A stretch of DNA of 64,000 nucleotides from Heterodontus francisci. Lineage: Eukaryota. The notes under the pieces are model-generated. The model saw only the letters and a list, made by a program, of their open reading frames with translations, was not told where the DNA came from and searched no databases. The stretch covers positions 57,382,430 through 57,446,429 of the forward strand of contig NC_090399.1 in the NCBI RefSeq assembly GCF_036365525.1, written 5' to 3'. Within the stretch, counting starts at the first letter, position 1. Each line of letters begins with the position of its first letter. Position numbers and translations under genes: made by a program. Shown in pieces: positions 58,301-64,000 of this stretch.

Positions 58301-60040
58301 GGCTGCACTGTCGGTGGGTCAGTACTGAGGGAGTGCTGCATTGTCGGTGGGTCAGTACTGAGGGAGGGCTGCACTGTCAGAGGGTAAGTACTGAGGGAGT
58401 GCTGCATTGTCGGTGGGTCGGTACTGAGGGAGAGCTGCACTGTCGGTGGGTCAGTACTGAGGGAGGGCTGCACTGTCAGAGGATAAGTACTGAGGGAGTG
58501 CTGCACTGTCGGTGGGTCAGTACTGAGGGAGAGCTGCATTGTCAGTGGGTCGGTACTGAGGGAGTGCTGCATTGTCGGTGGGTCAGTACTGAGGGAAAGC
58601 TGCACTGTCGGTGGGTCAGTACTGAGGGAGAGCTGCACTGTCGGTGGGTCAGTACTGAGGGAGAGCTGCACTGTCGGTGGGTCGGTACAGAGGGTGAGCT
58701 GCATTGTCAGAGGGTCAATACTGAGGGAGGGCTGCACTGTCAGAGAGTAAGTACTGAGGGACAGCTGCATTGTCGGTGGGTCGGTACTGAGGGAGAGCTG
58801 CACTGTCAGAGGGTCAGTACTGAGGGAGTGCTGCACTGTCGGTGGGTCAGTACTGAGGGAGTGCTGCACTGTCGGTGGGTCAGTACTGAGGGAGGGCTGC
58901 ACTGTCGGTGGGTCAGTACTGAGGGAGGGCTGCACTGTCAGAGGGTAAGTACTGAGGGAGTGCTGCATTGTCGGTGGGTCGGTACTGAGGGAGAGCTGCA
59001 CTGTCGGTGGGTCAGTACTGAGGGAGGGCTGCACTGTCAGAGGATAAGTACTGAGGGTGTGCTGCACTGTCGGTGGGTCAGTACTGAGGGAGTGCTGGAT
59101 TGTCGGTGGGTCAGTACTGAGGGAGGGCTGCACTGTCAGAGGGTAAGTACTGAGGGAGTGCTGCATTGTCGGTGGGTCGGTACTGAGGGAGAGCTGCACT
59201 GTCGGTGGGTCAGTACTGAGGGAGGGCTGCACTGTCAGAGGATAAGTACTGAGGGAGTGCTGCACTGTCGGTGGGTCAGTACTGAGGGAGAGCTGCATTG
59301 TCAGTGGGTCGGTACTGAGGGAGTGCTGCATTGTCGGTGGGTCAGTCCTGAGGGAAAGCTGCAGTGTCGTTGGGTCAGTACTGAGGGAGTGCTGCACTGT
59401 CGGTGGGTCAGTACTGAGGGAGAGCTGCACTGTCGGTGGGTCAGTACTGAGGGAGAGCTGCACTGTCAGTGGGTCAGTACTGAGGGAGAGCTGCACTGTC
59501 GGTGGGTCAGTACTGAGGGAGAGCTGCATTGTCGGTGGGTCAGTACTGAGGGAGAGCTGCATTGTCGGTGGGTCAGTACTGAGGGAGAGCTGCATTGTCG
59601 GTGGGTCAGTATTGAGGGAAAGCTGCATTGTCAGAGGGTAAGTACTGAGGGAGGGCTGCACTGTCAGAGGGTAAGTACTGAGGGAGGGCTGCACTGTCAG
59701 AGGGTAAGTACTGAGGGACAGCTGCATTGTCGGTGGGTCGGTACTGAGGGAGAGCTGCACTGTCGGTGGGTCAGTACTGAAGGAGTGCTGCATTGTCAGA
59801 GGGTCAGTACTGAGGGAGGGCTGCACTGTCAGAGGGTAAGTACTGAGGGACAGCTGCATTGTCGGTGGGTCGGTACTGAGGGAGAGCTGCACTGTCGGTG
59901 GGTCCGTACTGAGGGAGAGCTGCACTGTCGGTGGGTCGGTACTGAGAGAGAGCTGCATTGTCAGAGGGTAAGTACTGAGGGACAGCTGCATTGTTGGTGG
60001 GTCGGTACTGAGGGAGAGCTGCAGTGTCGGAGGTGCCATA
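55360..60040 (+). repeat. 33-bp minisatellite (gtactgagggagtgctgcactgtcggtgggtca), ~139 copies, expanded inside a tRNA-derived (DeuSINE/SacSINE1-like) SINE
   Basis: Array ~55450-60030, preceded by a tRNA-like head and cagcacaaaatctaggctga...agtgca, followed by cggaggtgcc. The SINE family assignment is from memory. Confidence 0.9.
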
Positions 60041-60879
60041 TACAGGTTAAGAGAGTGGATGATGCTGTGGTAAATGGTGTTTAATGTGGGGAAGTGAGTC
60101 GTCATCCACTTTGGACGCAACAAAGATAAATGGTGAAAAACTCAGGACTGTTGAGAATCAAAGCGATTTGTTTTAAAAAACAGGAAATGCTGGAAATGTT
60201 CAGCCGATCAGGCAGCATCAGTGGTGGGAAAAACCACGTTAATAATCCGGTGTTTACTGAGGTGGGATTTTCTAGCTGGGGAGAAGAGTTCAGACTGGGT
60301 AACCCCTGACTCCATATTTAGATGGCATCGTGGAGTTTTAACTACACATTGTGCATTTGTTTTTTTAACAGGTTCCCTGCCCCAATCCCCAGTCTGATTG
60401 ATAGGCTCAGCTCGCTGGAGGGAGTGGAACACTGCAGAAAGGCTCGAGCTCAGGAGCAGGAAGTTTCATGCTGCTTTGGGTAAAGATTGCAGGGTCACAG
60501 AGGGTGGGGTGGGGGGCGGGTGAGGGGGGTTACAGCAAGGTGTCGAGGGTCCGGGTGGGATCGTGTGGGGGTTGGGGGTCAGAGAGAGATGGGGCAGAGA
60601 TGGTGGATCAGAGACAATACAGAATGATCAGAGGGGAGGGTGTGTCATATATCAGAGAAAGAGAGGGAAAGGGTCAAGGAGCAATCATAGAGGAATTAGA
60701 GGGAATACAGATAGAGATCAGAGGGAGAAATCTGAGGGAGAGTTTGGTGGGAGAAATTGGTGGGGGGCCTATGGGAGATCAGAGGGAGATTTTGGAGGGG
60801 GATCAGGGTGAGATTGGAGCGGTGGGGGATAAATCTGAGGGAGATTTTGGAGGGAACTGGGTGAGATTGGAGGGATGTC

Positions 60880-63800
60880 ACAGAGAGATTGGAGGGTGTG
60901 GTCACAGAGAGATCAGAGGGAGAGATTGGAGGGTGTGGTCACAGAGAGATCAGAGAGAGAGATTGGAGGGTGTGGTCACAGAGAGATAAGAGAGAGAGAT
61001 TGAAGGGTGTGGTCACAGAGAGATCAGAGGGAGAGATTGGAGGGTGTGGTCACAGAGAGATCAGAGGGAGAGATTGGAGGGTGTGGTCACAGAGAGATCA
61101 GAGAGAGTGATTGGAGGGTGTGGTCACAGAGAGATCAGAGGGAGAGATTGGAGGGTGTGGCACAGAGAGCTCAGAGGGAGAGATTGGAGGGTGTGGTCAC
61201 AGAGAGATCAGAGAGAGTGATTGGAGGGTGTGGTCACAGAGAGATCAGAGGGAGAGATTGGAGGGTGTGGCACAGAGAGCTCAGAGGGAGAGATTGGAGG
61301 GTGTGGTCACAGAGAGATCAGAGAGAGAAATTGGAGGGTGTGGTCACAGAGAGATCAGAGGGAGAGATTGGTGGGTGTGGTCACTGAGAGATCAGAGGGA
61401 GAGATTGGAGGGTGTGGTCACAGAGAGATCAGAGGGAGAGATTGGAGGGTGTGGTCACAGAGAGATCAGAGGGAGAGATTGGTGGGTGTGGTCACTGAGA
61501 GATCAGAGGGAGAGATTAGAGGGTGTGGTCACAGAGAGATCAGAGAGAGAGATTCTAGTGTGTGGTCATAGAGAGATCAGAGGGAAAGATTGGAGTTCGT
61601 GGTCACAGAGAGATCAGAGAGAGTGATTGGAGGGTGTGGTCACAGAGAGCTCAGAGGGAGAGATTGGTGGGTGTGGTCACAGAGAGATCAGAGAGAGAGA
61701 TTGGAGGGTGTGGTCACATAGAGATCAGATGGAAAGAGTGGAGTGTGTGGTCACAGAGAGATCAGAGAGAGAGATTGGAGAGTGTGGTCACCGAGAGATC
61801 AGAGGGAGAGATTGGTGGGTGTGGTCACTGAGAGATCAGAGGGAGGGATTGGAGGGTGTGGTCACAGAGAGATCAGAGAGAGAGATTGGAGGGTGTGGTC
61901 ACAGAGAGCTCAGAGGGAGAGATTGGAGGGTGTGGTCACAGAGAGATCAGAGGGAAAGATTGGAGTGTGTGGTCACAGAGAGCTCAGAGGGAGAGATTGG
62001 AGGGTGTGGTCACAGAGAGATCAGAGGGAAAGATTGGAGTGTGTGGTCACAGAGAGATCAGAGAGAGAGATTGGAGAGTGTGGTCACCGAGAGATCAGAG
62101 GGAGAGATTGGTGGGTGTGGTCACTGAGAGATCAGAGGGAGGGATTGGAGGGTGTGGTCACAGAGAGATCAGAGAGAGAGATTGGAGGGTGTGGTCACAG
62201 AGAGCTCAGAGGGAGAGATTGGAGGGTGTGGTCACTGAGAGATCAGAGGGAGAGATTGGTGGGTGTGGTCACAGAGAGATCAGAGGGAAATATTGGAGGG
62301 TGTGGTCACAGAGAGATCAGAGGGAGAGATTGGCGGGTGTGGTCACAGAGAGGTCAGAGGGAGAGATTGGTGGGTGTGGTCACAGAGAGATCAGAGAGAG
62401 TGATTGGAGGGTGTGGTCACAGAGAGATCAGAGAGAGAGATTGGAGGGTGTGGTCACAGAGAGATCAGAGGGAGAGATTGGAGGGTGTGGTCACAGAGAG
62501 ATCAGAGGGAGAGATTGGTGGGTGTGGTCACAGAGAGATCAGAGGGAGAGATTGGAGGGTGTGGTCACAGAGAGATCAGAGGGAAAGATTGGAGGGTGTG
62601 GTCACAGAGAGATCAGAGAGAGAGATTGGAGGGTGTGGCACAGAGAGCTCAGAGGGAGAGATTGGCGGGTGTGGTCACAGAGAGATCAGAGAGAGAGATT
62701 GGAGGGTGTGGTCACAGAGAGATCAGAGAGAGAGATTGGAGGGTGTGGTCACAGAGAGATCTGAGAGAGTGATTGGAGGGTGTGGTCACAGAGAGATCAG
62801 AGTGAGAGATCGGAGGGTGTGGTCACAGAGAGATCTGAGAGAGTGATTGGAGGGTGTGGTCACAGAGAGATCAGAGTGAGAGATTGGAGGGTGTGGTCAC
62901 AGAGAGATCAGAGAGAGAGATTGGAGGGTGTGGTCACAGAGAGATCAGAGGGAAAGATTGGGGGGTGTGGCACAGAGAGCTCAGAGGGAGAGATTGGAGG
63001 GTGTGGTCACAGAGAGATCAGAGGGAGAGATTGGAGGGTGTGGTCACAGAGAGGTCAGAGGGAGAGATTGGTGGGATGTCACAGAGAGATCAGAGGGAGA
63101 GATTGGAGGCTGTGGTCACAGAGATATCAAAGGGAGAGATTGGAGGGTGTGGTCACAGAGAGATCAGAGGGAAAGAGTGGAGGGTGTGGCACAGAGAGCT
63201 CAGAGGGAGAGATTGGAGGGTGTGGTCACAGAGAGATCAGAGAGATTGGAGGGTGTGGTCACAGAGAGATCAGAGGGAGAGATTGGAGGGTGTGGTCACA
63301 GAGAGGTCAGAGAGAGAGATTGGAGGGTGTGGTCACAGAGAGATCAGAGGGAGAGATTGGTGGATGTGGTCACAGAGAGATCAGAGGGAGAGATTGGTGG
63401 GTGTGGTCACAGAGAGCTCAGAGGGAGAGATTGGAGGGTGTGGTCACAGAGAGATCAGAGGGAGAGATTGGAGGGTGTGGTCACAGAGAGGTCAGAGGGA
63501 GAGATTGGAGGGTGTGGTCACAGAGAGATCAGAGGGAAAGATTGGGGGTGTGGCACAGAGAGCTCAGAGGGAGAGATTGGCGGGTGTGGTCACAGAGAGA
63601 TCAGAGGGAGAGATTGGAGGGTGTGGTCACAGAGAGGTCAGAGGGAGAGATTGGTGGGATGTCACAGAGAGATCAGAGGGAGAGATTGGAGGCTGTGGTC
63701 ACAGAGAGATCAGAGGGAGAGATTGGAGGCTGTGGTCACAGAGAGATCAGAGGGAGAGATTGGAGGGTGTGGTCACAGAGAGATCAGAGGGGAAGAGTGG

Positions 63801-64000
63801 AGGGTGTGGCACAGAGAGCTCAGAGGGAGAGATTGGAGGGTGTGGTCACAGAGAGATCAGAGAGATTGGAGGGTGTGGTCACAGAGAGATCAGAGGGAGA
63901 GATTGGAGGATGTGGTCACAGAGAGATCAGAGGGAGAGATTGGTGGGTGTGGTCACAGAGAGATCAGAGGGAGAGATTGGTGGGTGTGGTCACAGAGAGC
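60880..64000. repeat. 35-bp minisatellite (gagattggagggtgtggtcacagagagatcagagg), ~89 copies, runs off the window end
   Basis: Direct inspection; preceded by a degenerate purine-rich version at ~60580-60880. Confidence 0.98.

Noticed and set aside
55843-60123. 1426-aa mucin-like ORF and opposite-strand 1276-aa ORF as genes
   Set aside because: They result from a 33-bp (11-codon) repeat; no signal peptide, and the N-terminus is antisense CR1 sequence

Overview
Eukaryotic (vertebrate) DNA, very probably from a shark or other cartilaginous fish, judged from the MHC sequence and the SINE/LINE types. The window holds one apparently intact gene on the minus strand, a classical-type MHC class I heavy chain (UAA-like). 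I assembled it by hand from 7 coding exons, all joined by phase-1 GT-AG introns: leader 50150-50102, alpha1 37095-36835, alpha2 29810-29538, alpha3 28987-28712, CP/TM 20816-20691, cyt1 19774-19739, cyt2 19384-19338. That gives 1068 nt and 355 aa. There is also a probable non-coding last exon (~17462-16155) and a promoter with Y/CCAAT boxes and an IRF-like site. All nine canonical peptide-terminus-binding residues are present. The rest is decayed transposons and about 24 kb of tandem repeats. The transposons include many CR1 pieces, L2, L1/Tx1, V-SINEs, a GalEa-like Ty1/copia element, ERV fragments, a hAT, two MITEs and Penelope-like termini with hammerhead relics. Several tandem arrays appear to be amplified copies of the gene's own splice signals. 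The long repeat-derived ORFs are not genes. There is a 170-N gap at 19431-19600.
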